DNA of 64,000 nucleotides, from contig CBDHHO010000003.1 of assembly GCA_965263485.1 (NCBI GenBank), forward strand, positions 26,359-90,358. Reading direction: 5' to 3'. Below are positions 21,760 to 32,248 of the stretch, in pieces. Position 1 is the first letter of the stretch. Every line of letters begins with the position of its first letter. The stretch comes from Spirochaetia bacterium (GTDB taxonomy: Bacteria > Spirochaetota > Spirochaetia > SP-2023). Under the pieces are notes generated by a model. That model did no database searches. It was not told where the DNA came from and worked only from the letters and a program-made list of their open reading frames with translations. The translations under genes and the position numbers were made by a program.

Positions 21760-23208
21760 TCAAGAGCCCTTTCCCGCAACAGAAAGCTCCTGTTGCAGGA
21801 AATCGCTGAGCAGAGACGCCTCCCCTTGAATGGCCTCGCCATACGCCAGTGGCAGGACCAGGCGCAGCATGGTCAGCGACTTGCGAAAATCATCCAGTGT
21901 GCCGGGCTGTAGCACGGTCGAAGTCTGGGCAAACGGTACAGGGCCTGGAGCCTTGTCAGAGCCGAGGGGTCGCGAAACGTAGATATCCTGAATCTGCATC
22001 TTCTTAGGGCCGGTCAGGTCCAACAGCACCTGCCAGTCCTGCAAACCCCGGAGCGGCCCAGGGTAGCGTTGCCGGAGATAGCGGCACAGAGAGTGTGATA
22101 TCCCGTGCCGCTCCCGGCCATCGCGCAGGCGGCTCAGCAATGCGGGGTGCTGTCCGGGACAAAGTTCATCAGCCACCACGAACTGACGTGGCTCCTGAGC
22201 CAGCAGGCACAGTTCTTTTTCGGGCATCTTTAAGTTTGCAAATAATTGGGGAAAGCTCAGGTCGCAGCTGCCAAAAATTTGCTCTTCGTTGAGCAGACCC
22301 AGTTCCAGAGCCCGCGCCGCGCTTTCGATTACGGGAGCTGACAGGGCGCGGACGTTGCGGTGCCAGTAGACTGTGCGGAACATCAGGTAGCGTGAGAAAA
22401 TCAGGCTTTCGATGATGGTCAGGCCGTGCTCCGGGATGCAGATGCGGAACGGTGAGCGCTCGGGAAGCTGCTCCGGGCCGGCTGCCGGATCTCCGCCCGA
22501 TTGCTCCTCACTCAGGCGGCATAGGTGCACCTGTGAGAACAAGTACTCCAAATCCTGAATGCCGTAAGGTACACCGCAGTAATAGGCATCGCGGTTCAGA
22601 TAGTCCAGTTTGTCGGGGTCGAGCGTGCCGGAGAGCAGAGAGCGGTAAAACAGGCCTTCGTTCCGGTACTCCGCCGGTACCGCCAAGGTCTCATCGACCA
22701 GAGCCGCCACCAGCAAAGGGTCCGTGCCCAACTCGCGCGAGAGGATGCCGGCCAGTGGTTCGTCCAAGATGTGGCGCGCTGAGAGCTCCTCATGTTCGCT
22801 TTGCAGACCCTCGAGCACATGGGCGTAGGGGAAGTGCCCCAGGTCGTGCAGCAGGGCCGCCGCCAAAAAGGCTTTGGCTCCGTGCAGGCTGGGTTCAAAT
22901 TCGGCTTCGGTGCTGTGCCTGCTGCACAGCAGGGCCAGCAGCAGGCGGCGCGCTATCGAGAACACACCGATGCTGTGCTCAAAGCGCGTGTGGCGCGAGC
23001 CGGGATAGACCAAGGTCGCCGAGCTGAGCTGGCGGATGCCTCCCAGCCGCAGAAAGACTTCGGAGTGAATCAGTTTCTGAAAAGGTCGGTTGAGATAAAC
23101 ATGCTTCCACAGCGGATCGCGCAACGGAATGTCGAAAGCGTTGCCCAGGTAGTCGAGGACTTCCCGCAGCGGGCCGCTGCCCGCATTGCTCATACGCTTC
23201 TCCATCAC
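21760..23208 (-). CDS. HD-domain phosphohydrolase (SAMHD1/YdhJ-like)
   Basis: HTRFEHSIG, LLHDLGHFPYAH, DPDKLDYLNRD, VYWH. Confidence 0.9.
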   Translation of the reverse strand: MMEKRMSNAGSGPLREVLDYLGNAFDIPLRDPLWKHVYLNRPFQKLIHSEVFLRLGGIRQLSSATLVYPGSRHTRFEHSIGVFSIARRLLLALLCSRHSTEAEFEPSLHGAKAFLAAALLHDLGHFPYAHVLEGLQSEHEELSARHILDEPLAGILSRELGTDPLLVAALVDETLAVPAEYRNEGLFYRSLLSGTLDPDKLDYLNRDAYYCGVPYGIQDLEYLFSQVHLCRLSEEQSGGDPAAGPEQLPERSPFRICIPEHGLTIIESLIFSRYLMFRTVYWHRNVRALSAPVIESAARALELGLLNEEQIFGSCDLSFPQLFANLKMPEKELCLLAQEPRQFVVADELCPGQHPALLSRLRDGRERHGISHSLCRYLRQRYPGPLRGLQDWQVLLDLTGPKKMQIQDIYVSRPLGSDKAPGPVPFAQTSTVLQPGTLDDFRKSLTMLRLVLPLAYGEAIQGEASLLSDFLQQELSVAGKGS

Positions 23209-23228
23209 TTCTCTGCCCCCCCGTTGGC

Positions 23229-25061
23229 TCAGGCACGCACAGCTGCGTTGATCTGCTCGCGGGCAAAGGTTTCCACAGCGGCAATTTTAGCTGCTGTTTG
23301 GGTCCTGGCCTGCCCGGGGTCACTGCTGCGGCAAGAGGCGTAGAACTTGATCTTGGGCTCGGTGCCTGAAGGGCGCGCGGTGATGATCGAACCATCTGTG
23401 CCGTAAAATTGCAGCACGTTGGACGAGGGCAGATCGATGTCCCGGGCTGTCCCCGCTACCCGGCCATTGCTGAGCCGGGTGGTAGTACCGGCAGCGTAGT
23501 CCTTAATCGCTTCTATCTCAATCTCGCCGATGCTCCCCGGGCTTTGTGTGCGTAGTCTGTCCATCATCGCCCGCATGGTGGCAATGCCCTGAGAGCCCTC
23601 AAAGTAGTGATCGAGCAGGAGCTCCTGGTAATAGCCATAACGCCGGTAAATATCGTTGAGGAACTCCAACAGAGAGCGGCCTTGCTGCAAATTCCACAGC
23701 GTCATTTCCACGGTCATGGTGCTGGCGGAAACCGCATCCTTGTCGCGCACCTCGCTGCCTGCATTACTGCCCACCAGGTAGCCGTAGCTCTCTTCGCACC
23801 CAAAGAGGAACTGCTGTGCTCCACTCTCTTCCCAGCTGCGGATCAGGGCCCCGATATGCTTGAAGCCGGTCAGTACCTTGAAGTCGGCCACACCATAGGC
23901 CCGGGCAATGCGGTTGTGTAAATTGCTGGTAACGATGGTGTTGATGATGGCGCCATTGGCGGGAAGGCTGCCCTGCTCCTTGCGCGTCAGCAGCAGATAT
24001 TCGCAGAGCATCGCGCCCAGCTGATTGCCCGATATCAGCACATATTCGCCATTATTGGCGGACTCTCGGGGGACATCCGCGGGAACGGCGATGCCCAGCC
24101 GGTCGGAGTCCGGATCGGTGCCCAGCACCAGGTGGGCCCGACGCTCTTTGGCGTATTTCAGGGCGAATTCCATTGCCGGGGCGATCTCGGGGTTGGGAAA
24201 GGATACCGTGGGAAAATTGCCGTCCGGCTCGGCCTGTTCGGGCACGGTAAAGACGCTCACGCCCATTTGGGCCAGGGCCTGTTCCACGCTCTGCCGTCCG
24301 GCCCCGTGCAGCGGCGTGTAGACCAGACTCAAGCGCGGAGCCTCTTGCCTTACCAGTTTGGGGCGCAGCGACAAGGCTCTCACCATGTCTAGGTATGGCC
24401 GGTCGATCTCTTGGTCAATCCAGTGCAGGAGGCCTTTGTCTGTGGCTTCCTGTTCCGAAATCGCGGGCAGCGGGCCGTTGACCGCTGCCACTTTGGCGAT
24501 GATGCCCTTGTCGTGCGGAGCCACAATCTGGGAGCCGTCTTCCCAGTAGACTTTGTAGCCGTTGTACTTGGCCGGGTTGTGGCTGGCCGTAACTACGATA
24601 CCGGCGCAGCAGCCCAGCCTGCGCACTGCGTAGGATAGTTCGGGAGTGGGTCGCAGGGCGCTGAAGATACTGCTGCGAATGCCGTTCGCCGCCAGAACCA
24701 GGGCCGCTTCTTTGGCAAAGAGATCGGAGTAGTTGCGGCTGTCATAAGCCAGACAGACGTCCCGGTGCTCCGGGGCCACTTCTTGGCGAATATAGTCTGC
24801 CAGACCCTGAGTCGCTTTGCGGATGGTATAGCCGTTCAGGCGATTGAGTCCGCCTCCCATTTCGCCGCGCAGGCCGCCCGTGCCAAAGTCCAGCGACTTG
24901 TAGAAACGTTCGTACAATTCTGCGGCCGCCTGTTCGCTGGTGGTCTCAGAGTCCAGTTGCCCCAGCAACTCTGCCACCTGCTCCCGAAAAACGGGGAACG
25001 GTTCATCCTGGATGTATTGTTTTGCCTGTGTTCTCAGGCTTTGAATCAAGTCGCTGTCCAT
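23229..25061 (-). CDS. pgm: Phosphoglucomutase/phosphomannomutase
   Basis: FGTGGLRG, TASHNP, DPDSDR, GCEESYG, RPSGTEPKIK; start set at the RBS-led ATG 25061. Confidence 0.92.
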   Translation of the reverse strand: MDSDLIQSLRTQAKQYIQDEPFPVFREQVAELLGQLDSETTSEQAAAELYERFYKSLDFGTGGLRGEMGGGLNRLNGYTIRKATQGLADYIRQEVAPEHRDVCLAYDSRNYSDLFAKEAALVLAANGIRSSIFSALRPTPELSYAVRRLGCCAGIVVTASHNPAKYNGYKVYWEDGSQIVAPHDKGIIAKVAAVNGPLPAISEQEATDKGLLHWIDQEIDRPYLDMVRALSLRPKLVRQEAPRLSLVYTPLHGAGRQSVEQALAQMGVSVFTVPEQAEPDGNFPTVSFPNPEIAPAMEFALKYAKERRAHLVLGTDPDSDRLGIAVPADVPRESANNGEYVLISGNQLGAMLCEYLLLTRKEQGSLPANGAIINTIVTSNLHNRIARAYGVADFKVLTGFKHIGALIRSWEESGAQQFLFGCEESYGYLVGSNAGSEVRDKDAVSASTMTVEMTLWNLQQGRSLLEFLNDIYRRYGYYQELLLDHYFEGSQGIATMRAMMDRLRTQSPGSIGEIEIEAIKDYAAGTTTRLSNGRVAGTARDIDLPSSNVLQFYGTDGSIITARPSGTEPKIKFYASCRSSDPGQARTQTAAKIAAVETFAREQINAAVRA

Positions 25062-25244
25062 AATCTCTTTCCTCGCTTTTCCCAAGGTGCTGGCTTCCAT
25101 ACCTGTAAAGCTCCCGACTCTTTTGCTGCCGGTGGACCATACTGACCCAGAGGCGGAGAGCAGAAGCATTCGGCGGGGGCAAAGGTATTTGAGAACATGC
25201 AGGGCGCGCAGCAAAATGAAGATTTCGGACCGTCTTTGCCCCGC

Positions 25245-25742
25245 TTATGCTTCGTCATTTTTGAACAACAGTTCCAGTTCGGCATCGGAGACCATGCTTC
25301 CATCATCATCGCGCCCTTCGCTGTGGTTGCGAAACTCTTCGGCCAGCTTCTCGTTGCCCTCGCTGATCCGGACAATCACCTTGTGCCATTCGCTGCTGTA
25401 TTCTTGGAGCAACTGCTGCAAAAAGCTTTTCCGCGAATACATGGCACTGCGCAAAAACACCAAGAACGCATGCTTGATGCGGAACAGCTGATGAGCCAAC
25501 TCGGCAAAATCCTGCAGTTGGTTGCGCTCGTTCAGCAACGCTTCGTGTCGTTCCAGCAGCTCAGAGAGTTGGCGCACTTCCCCCATAATCTGCTGGTTAA
25601 ACAGCCGGGCATTGATTTCCAGCTCGAGCAGTTCTTGCAGTACCTGGATGCGGTTGCGCAGCAAAAAGAAATTGTCGCTAAAATGGATTTGTTCCAGTGG
25701 CTGTAAGCCTTCGGGCTGCTGTATTTCTTCCATCAATTCCAT
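25245..25742 (-). CDS. Hypothetical helical protein
   Basis: Coding-like ORF co-oriented with pgm; start uncertain. Confidence 0.65.
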   Translation of the reverse strand: MELMEEIQQPEGLQPLEQIHFSDNFFLLRNRIQVLQELLELEINARLFNQQIMGEVRQLSELLERHEALLNERNQLQDFAELAHQLFRIKHAFLVFLRSAMYSRKSFLQQLLQEYSSEWHKVIVRISEGNEKLAEEFRNHSEGRDDDGSMVSDAELELLFKNDEA

Positions 25743-25897
25743 AGGGAGCCTCCCGGGCGGGGAGGCATGCAAATATTTAGGGCGTCTCTAAAAAAGCGGC
25801 TGATGGGGGCCCTAATCGCTACTTTAAGCTAGGGAGATTGCATAAAACAACCGCAATATAGATGACTCTGACTAAAAATGCAACATTAAGGCCTTTA

Positions 25898-26233
25898 GGG
25901 CACCTCTAAAAATGGTATCGCTTCGCAAGAATGGTACTGCGTTTTGATGCTCCCATGCGAGCTGGCGCAGCATGGGAGAACGGGGGAGGGCCGTGCGCAG
26001 CCATGCCCGACCTTCCGTTTCCGCGAGCTGGCGCAGCATGGGAGAACGGGGGAGGGCCGTGCGCAGCCATGCCCGACCTTCCGTTTCCGCGAGCTGGCGC
26101 AGCATGGGAGAACGGGGGAGGGCCGTGCGCAGCCAGGCCCGACCTTCCGCACAGAGCCTGCCGCCTCTTCTTAGGAAGCTGTTTGTTTCAAAAGAGCGAG
26201 CAAGAGCGCAGAATGGAATTTTTAGAGGTTCCC
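25898..26233. mobile_element. MITE (336 bp) with an internal 66-bp unit x3 (25957-26149)
   Basis: GGGCACCTCTAAAAA / TTTTTAGAGGTTCCC; units start at 25957, 26023, 26089. Confidence 0.9.
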
Positions 26234-27430
26234 TTATAGGAAACCCTTGGCACTTACGGCCGGTTCCTTGGTCAGCAGCGGATACGGGTCGCTACCGGAG
26301 TAGAGCGGGCTCCCATCAGCTTCACTCAGGGCCGCAAAGTCCCGTGCGGAAAATGTGGGGGGCTCGGTAAAAAAATCAGACTCCGGCCATGGCAAGCCGT
26401 AAGTATATAAGGCTTTGCGGTAGCTCAAAGCGGCCAATCGCTCTCGGGACAAACCTGCTGCGCACAACTTGGTGTAGAGCAAATTTATACCACTGAGCCC
26501 CGGAATGCCGGAAGCAACCGCCTTCCCTTCCCGACCCAGTTTTTCCGGGAGTGCATGGGGCGCGTGATCGCTTTCGATCCAGTCGATTTGTCCCTCTAGC
26601 AGCAATTGCCACAGACCGGCCCGCCGCTGCTCATCGCGCAGCGGCGGATTGACTTTAAGCAGGTTGCCATTCACATTGTTCTGGCCTATCGCCCGGTTTC
26701 CCAGTTCGGCCTGGGTCTTCAGGCTCAGCAGGCAGTGGTGTGGGGTTACACCACAGCTGACCCGCCTGCCTGCCTGCCTAGCTTCTTGTATCAAGGCCAC
26801 TCCTTCGGGTGTGGAAATATGGGCGATGTGCAGGTGGCCTTGAAAGCCCGTGAGCTTTGTCAAGGCCAACTGCTGCTCAATCGAGCGCCACTCGGCCTCA
26901 ACCGGCCTCGCCTCACTGTGGCTCTCCGGGCGCATCGCATCAAAAAATCCGTTGTCGATCAGTTCCTCAGCCTCACAGTGTGCTACCAAAACGCCATCGT
27001 AGCCCTCTCCGACAATCGCGGCATAGACTTGGTGCTGAGCCGAAGCTTCGATAATTCCCATTTCACCGGTCGAATGCCCGGCATAGATCTTCAAACCGGC
27101 AATTTGAGGGAAAAACTCGCGATGCAGGCGCACGGCCTCACAGGCCTGCTGCGGCTGGCGCGAGAGCCCGATATGCATGGCATAATGAGGTGGCGCAGCA
27201 GATCCACCAGTTTCTCCGACTTCCCGGCACAGGGACTGTGCTGCTTGCGCTGCCAGTTCCAGCCGCTGTTCCACCGCCCGGCGCGAGGTGAGCGGTGGAT
27301 TGGTATTGGGCATCTCAATCAATCCGGCGATACCCAACCGGGACGCGAGCCCAAAAGCATGGGAAATGGTTTCTTTATAATCCTGGGACCAGTCGCGCAA
27401 ATGCACGTGGGAATCGAGAATCATGGGCAC
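26234..27430 (-). CDS. pyrC: Dihydroorotase
   Basis: DSHVHLR, EMPNTNPP, VAHCE, HIAHIS, KVNPPLR, SDHAPH. Confidence 0.9.
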   Translation of the reverse strand: MPMILDSHVHLRDWSQDYKETISHAFGLASRLGIAGLIEMPNTNPPLTSRRAVEQRLELAAQAAQSLCREVGETGGSAAPPHYAMHIGLSRQPQQACEAVRLHREFFPQIAGLKIYAGHSTGEMGIIEASAQHQVYAAIVGEGYDGVLVAHCEAEELIDNGFFDAMRPESHSEARPVEAEWRSIEQQLALTKLTGFQGHLHIAHISTPEGVALIQEARQAGRRVSCGVTPHHCLLSLKTQAELGNRAIGQNNVNGNLLKVNPPLRDEQRRAGLWQLLLEGQIDWIESDHAPHALPEKLGREGKAVASGIPGLSGINLLYTKLCAAGLSRERLAALSYRKALYTYGLPWPESDFFTEPPTFSARDFAALSEADGSPLYSGSDPYPLLTKEPAVSAKGFL

Positions 27431-27454
27431 TCCTAAAAGGGAATTCAGAGATAA

Positions 27455-27503
27455 GGGTACCTCTAAAAATGGCTGTTGAAAAATGAGATTTTAGGGGACG
27501 CTC
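27455..27503. repeat. Minimal, degenerate MITE
   Basis: GGGTACCTCTAAAAA..TTTTAGGGGACGCTC abutting the sbcC stop. Confidence 0.55.
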
Positions 27504-30500
27504 TAAAACAGCTCACCGGAATGCCCCGGACTGTTTGCCGGTGGCTGTTCCTGTGGTACTGCTTGCCGTGCGGTCACTGCTTTTTTCCTGCGGGGAAGGG
27601 CCCTCCCCTCGTTCCGACCCTGCTGGATTGTCCGTTTTTTCTGCTTGGATTTGCTTTCCGATTTGCTTTCCGATTTGCTTTCCGTCTGGGTCTCAATATT
27701 GTTCATCGGGCTCTGTTCTGAGAGCAAACCCACCCTCTGTACCAGCTGCTCAAGTCCCTGACTGCGGATTTCGCTGCGCCCCTGTCCCAGACTTTCGAGT
27801 TGAATCTGGCAGATTATGCGCTCCTTCAGGGCCGGAACATGTGAAATCAGGCCGATCAGTTTGCCGTCGCTGTGCAGAGAGCCGAGCGCCTCTAGCGTGC
27901 TGTGCAGGGCCTCTTCATCGAGGGTACCAAAGCCTTCGTCCAGAAACAGCGACTGGATCGGGACTTCGTTGACCGAAATGCGCGCTAGGGCCAATGCCAA
28001 TGCCAAGCTGACCAGGAACTTTTCTCCTCCCGAAAGGTTGCTGGACGGGCGTATACTTTGATCGGACTGCAGTAGTTGGCCAGGGGACTGTTCCAGCGCC
28101 CCCGCTTGGGCTGCCGGGGCTGTGGCCAGGCTCTGTGGCTGGTAAAGGTCAATGACAAAGAACTCCAACGGCGCATCGCTGCGGCTGTAGAGCAAGTAGC
28201 GCTCACTGATTTTTTCTAGATAGAGGTTGGCGTGGTAGAGCAGTTGCTCAAACGAGAGCTGCTGGGCAAACTTGCTGAACTTATCGCCATCGGCCGAGCC
28301 AATCAGTTCCCGGAGTTGCTGCCAGTGCTTGCTGCGCTGCGTCTGCTCGCGCAGCTGTGCTGTGCCCTGCTGCTGCTGCAATTGCAGCTCATCGTCGTCT
28401 TGCAGCTTCTGTTTTTGAGCGCCCAGGGCCTCGCGTGCCGCCGCTGCCGCCGTTTTGACCTGTTCCAAGGCTTCGCTCAGATACTCTTCCAGTCGCACCA
28501 GCTGTTCTCCAAGTTGTTCTCCGGGCGGGCCTTGCCCCCCGGTGAGCTGCTCTGACGCGTTCTGGGTGTCGGGCAGGCCGGCCGGGAAATCCGGAGAGTC
28601 CCGGAGCCGCCGGAGGGCAGCTTCGGAGCTGTGGTCAAACTGTTGTAAGGTTTGCTGCCATTGATTTTGGCGCCCCTGCTGCGCAGGGACTTCACTATCC
28701 TGAGCGTATCGGGCTGCCAGCGCGCCGGGCTCGGATGTCCGGAACTGCTTTTGCAGCTCCGGCAGCGTTTCCTCTAGCCGGGCGCTGTTTTCGAGCCAGA
28801 GGCTTTGCAGTCGGGCGCGGGCTTGCTCCCAGTCAGCGATCGCCTGTTCGCAGTCCGCCCGTGTTGCATCATCGAGTTCTGCTCCGAGGAAGTCCGCCTC
28901 ATCGCGGAAGTCCGACTGCGCCAAGGCTTCCTGCCAGGCTTGCTGTGCCGCTGCCGCCTGTGCCATCGTCAGCTCCTCTTGCAGTCGTTTCAGCTCACGT
29001 TGTTGCAAGGTGAGCTGCTGCTCGCAGTGCCCCAATCGCTCCCGGCAATTTTGCCGGGTTTCGTCCGCAGCCAGGCAGCGGGCCTCGGCTTGAGCAAACA
29101 GTTCCTGTAATGAGAGCGAATGCCAGTCGGTGGGGGCTTGCTCGTCCTGAGTCCGGGCAGGAAAAGGTAGTTGTTCGAGTTGCCGGCGCAGTTGCTCTTT
29201 TGAGTCGTTCCATTCGCATTCGGTTTCCCGGATGAGTCGGGCGGTCTTGTCCCGTGCCGCCTCGGCGGCCCCGAGCTGCTGCTGCGCGGCTTTGCAGCGC
29301 TGCTGCACCAACGGCAGCTCGCCGAGCATCTGTTCCTGCTGCTGCCGGGCCACTTGCAGCTGCTGCAAGTGGCGCAGATAATCTTCCAGTAGTGCCTGCA
29401 AACTGCTTCGCTGCGGCTCATCGACAAAGAACAACAGCTCCTCGGCCTCTTCCATTGCTTTGCTTGCTGCTTGCACTGTGTCTGTTTTTTCTGTCGGCGA
29501 AGCGGAGGCTCGCAGGCAAAGTTGCAGCCCTAGCAATCGATCCTGCAACTTTGCCTGCGAGCTGCTCAGCGGCGGCAGCGCAGCTGCCAGGGCACCGGAG
29601 TGGTCCCATCGGGCCTTCCATCGCAGCCATTGGAAATAGGGCTCAAAGGCCCGATTGAAATCTTGGCGCAGGCGCTGCGCAAAATCTTGCAGCAGGCCCT
29701 TGCAGTGCGAGACTTCGGTGCGGGCCTGCTGCGAGCGCAGTTGACTCTGCTGCTGTTCGGCCTCCCACTTCGTCAGTTCATCGCGCAGTTCCTGTTGTTG
29801 TTGCTGCCAGTGCTCGCGAGCTTTCTGGTGGGCTTCCCAAGCCCGGTCTTCGGCGCAGCGAAGGGCTCTCAGTTCCGCCCTTCGCGTCTCCAGCTCGCGG
29901 CGCAGGGCCGAGTCCGCTTGTTCAGAGCTGCTTAGCTCGACATCCGGCATGTGGGACGGCGGATCTGTTTCTTGCGCAGCGCGGGTTTGCAGTTCGCGAC
30001 ACAGCAGGGGAAGCAGGCCCTCCGGAGCCTTGGCCAGTATTTGGTCCAGCAATCCGGCCTGTTCTGCCATCTCACTGCTCAGGTGCCTGGCTTCCGCCTC
30101 GTGTTTGCGTTGGTTCTGCTTGCTGTTTTCGATCTGCAAGCGCAGTTTTGTGGCCTCTTCTTGGTCGCCGCGCACCGCATTTTGCAGTTCTTGCAGCTCC
30201 TGTTGCTGTTGCTCTAGGGCGGACTGCATCGCCAAAGGGTCCCGGGGTGCCGAAGGGGCCTCATCGAGACTGTGTTCGCGGGAGCCGCACAGCGGGCAAG
30301 GGCTGCCTTCATCCAGTTTTTCCCGCTCCTGTACCAGCAGCAGCAACAGCTGATAGTGTTCCAGCTCTGTCTGCAGAGTCTGGCAATAGCGTTCCTGCTG
30401 CTTGAGCCTGTTCTGCTGTTTTGCCAGGTCGGTCTCGACCCGGGCCAGCTGCTTCTGTTGCTGCTCCAGTTCGGCCCGCTGCCGGGCGGCTTGCCGGACG

Positions 30501-32248
30501 GCCTGCTCACCTTTGGAGCGTTCCATCAAGTAACGCTCCAAAGGCGAGAGCAAGAGACTGAGGCAGTTTGTGGCCTGCTGCAAAGCCGCATCGCGTTGTT
30601 CTGCCTGCAAAGCCACAGGGCCCAGCACCTGTGAGAGGCTTTCTGGTAAGGGTGGGAGTTCCCATTCCGGAGCGTAGGGAAAAGCCCGTTGTCGCTCTTG
30701 CAGCTCTGCGATTTCTCTTTGGTAGTCGCGCTGCTGCTCACGCTGCCAGAGCTCCTGCTTTTTCTGCCATTGTCGGCACAGTTGCTGGTATTGAGCCTGC
30801 CAGTTCTGCCACTCTGGCGGATCCTGCTGCTGTGCCTCCAACCAATCCCTCAGCTGTGCCAGTTGGTGCTGTTGTTGCCGCAGTTCGTCCCAGATCCGGG
30901 CATTCTGCTCTTCTGCCTCTTCGCCTGCGCTCTGCCCGGCTCCGAGCGGGGAGAGAGAGGCCAGGGGACCGCTTTGCAGTTCGGCGATGCGCCGCTGCAA
31001 AGCCTCGGTCTCTTGCTGCTGCTCGGTCAGCTCTGTGCCGGCCTCACGCAGTTGTTGCTCGCAGTTTTGCAGCTCACAGCGCAGCTCTGCTGATCGCTCT
31101 TTGCAGCTGTTGTTGCGCCATTCCAGCTGCTCCAGCTCGCTGCGTTGCTGTCGGAGCCGATCGCGAAGCTGCTGCTGCTCGTCCCATTGCCTTTCGGCTT
31201 CAGAGAGCTCCTTGCGGGCCACTTGGCGGCTTTGCTCCAGCTCAGGCAGTTGTCTACGGCTCTGGGCCTCCTGCTCTGTTTTTTGTCGGCGAGTCAGCTC
31301 TGCCTGTGCTGCTCCCTGATACAGAGGGTGCAGTTCGCGCCCGGCGCGATCCCGCTGTAAGCGAAACTGGTGCTGCTGATGGAGCTGCTGCTGCTCCGGG
31401 CCAAACTGTTGCCAACCTTGCTGCCACAGTTCGGTGCTGCGCTTCCAAAGCTGAGCCGCAGTCCGGCACGAATCGGCGGCGGCCCGCAGCTGTTCCTGCT
31501 CCGCCTCGCGCCGTGCCAGCTGCGCCTCCGCTTCTTGAAGCAACTGCTCTAAGGTTCTGCGCTCTTCGAGGCTCAGGGGCTGGAGCAGTTCCTGTTCTTT
31601 CTGCAGCAGTGCCAAGGCATTCTGTTCTTCCTTGCTGCGCTGAAAGCACAAGCGCGAGAGCCGGCGGTAGATACCCGTGCCGGTGAGCTTTTCCAAAATA
31701 TAAACCCGGTCGCCGGCCTTGGCCTCCAGAAAAGCCGAAAAGTCGCCCTGAGCCAGCAGGATGGAACGGGTAAACTGCTCATATTGCAGGCCGGTGTGGG
31801 CCACAACTGCGGCATCCACCTCGCGGACTTTGGAGGCCAGAATCCTGCCGCTGTCTGCCAGACCGAAACTTCGCTCGGGCTTCTGGAGCCTGCCGCCCGT
31901 CTTGCCGTGCGCCCGGCGCTGATACCAGCGCGCCAGATAAACAGGCGGCTCCTGCTCTCTTCCGGGGCTCCCGGCAGCGGGCGGGCCGCAGGAGAAACTC
32001 AATTCAGCGCTGCACTCGGCGGCCCCGCGCGACATGATCTCGTTCGAGCTCTGGCTGACGCTTTCCTGGCGCGGTGTTCGACCATAGAGTGCCAGGCAGA
32101 TCGCGTCCAGAATCGTGGTCTTGCCCGAGCCGGTCGGCCCGGAGATCAGGAATAAGCCCTCGTTGAGCAGCGCGGGCGAGGCAAAGTTAATTTCCCAGCT
32201 GCCGTATAGCGAATTGAGGTTGCACAGGCGCAGTTTGTGCAGTTTCAC
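27503..32248 (-). CDS. sbcC: Exonuclease SbcCD subunit C (long, 1581 aa)
   Basis: GPTGSGKT, LAQGDF, zinc hook CPLCG, LSGGEKF, FLDEGFGTLD, ISHV. Confidence 0.93.
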   Translation of the reverse strand: MKLHKLRLCNLNSLYGSWEINFASPALLNEGLFLISGPTGSGKTTILDAICLALYGRTPRQESVSQSSNEIMSRGAAECSAELSFSCGPPAAGSPGREQEPPVYLARWYQRRAHGKTGGRLQKPERSFGLADSGRILASKVREVDAAVVAHTGLQYEQFTRSILLAQGDFSAFLEAKAGDRVYILEKLTGTGIYRRLSRLCFQRSKEEQNALALLQKEQELLQPLSLEERRTLEQLLQEAEAQLARREAEQEQLRAAADSCRTAAQLWKRSTELWQQGWQQFGPEQQQLHQQHQFRLQRDRAGRELHPLYQGAAQAELTRRQKTEQEAQSRRQLPELEQSRQVARKELSEAERQWDEQQQLRDRLRQQRSELEQLEWRNNSCKERSAELRCELQNCEQQLREAGTELTEQQQETEALQRRIAELQSGPLASLSPLGAGQSAGEEAEEQNARIWDELRQQQHQLAQLRDWLEAQQQDPPEWQNWQAQYQQLCRQWQKKQELWQREQQRDYQREIAELQERQRAFPYAPEWELPPLPESLSQVLGPVALQAEQRDAALQQATNCLSLLLSPLERYLMERSKGEQAVRQAARQRAELEQQQKQLARVETDLAKQQNRLKQQERYCQTLQTELEHYQLLLLLVQEREKLDEGSPCPLCGSREHSLDEAPSAPRDPLAMQSALEQQQQELQELQNAVRGDQEEATKLRLQIENSKQNQRKHEAEARHLSSEMAEQAGLLDQILAKAPEGLLPLLCRELQTRAAQETDPPSHMPDVELSSSEQADSALRRELETRRAELRALRCAEDRAWEAHQKAREHWQQQQQELRDELTKWEAEQQQSQLRSQQARTEVSHCKGLLQDFAQRLRQDFNRAFEPYFQWLRWKARWDHSGALAAALPPLSSSQAKLQDRLLGLQLCLRASASPTEKTDTVQAASKAMEEAEELLFFVDEPQRSSLQALLEDYLRHLQQLQVARQQQEQMLGELPLVQQRCKAAQQQLGAAEAARDKTARLIRETECEWNDSKEQLRRQLEQLPFPARTQDEQAPTDWHSLSLQELFAQAEARCLAADETRQNCRERLGHCEQQLTLQQRELKRLQEELTMAQAAAAQQAWQEALAQSDFRDEADFLGAELDDATRADCEQAIADWEQARARLQSLWLENSARLEETLPELQKQFRTSEPGALAARYAQDSEVPAQQGRQNQWQQTLQQFDHSSEAALRRLRDSPDFPAGLPDTQNASEQLTGGQGPPGEQLGEQLVRLEEYLSEALEQVKTAAAAAREALGAQKQKLQDDDELQLQQQQGTAQLREQTQRSKHWQQLRELIGSADGDKFSKFAQQLSFEQLLYHANLYLEKISERYLLYSRSDAPLEFFVIDLYQPQSLATAPAAQAGALEQSPGQLLQSDQSIRPSSNLSGGEKFLVSLALALALARISVNEVPIQSLFLDEGFGTLDEEALHSTLEALGSLHSDGKLIGLISHVPALKERIICQIQLESLGQGRSEIRSQGLEQLVQRVGLLSEQSPMNNIETQTESKSESKSESKSKQKKRTIQQGRNEGRALPRRKKAVTARQAVPQEQPPANSPGHSGELF

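Noticed and set aside
25957-26149. CRISPR array
   Set aside because: Contiguous 66-bp tandem units with no unique spacers, inside MITE ends; no cas genes in the window
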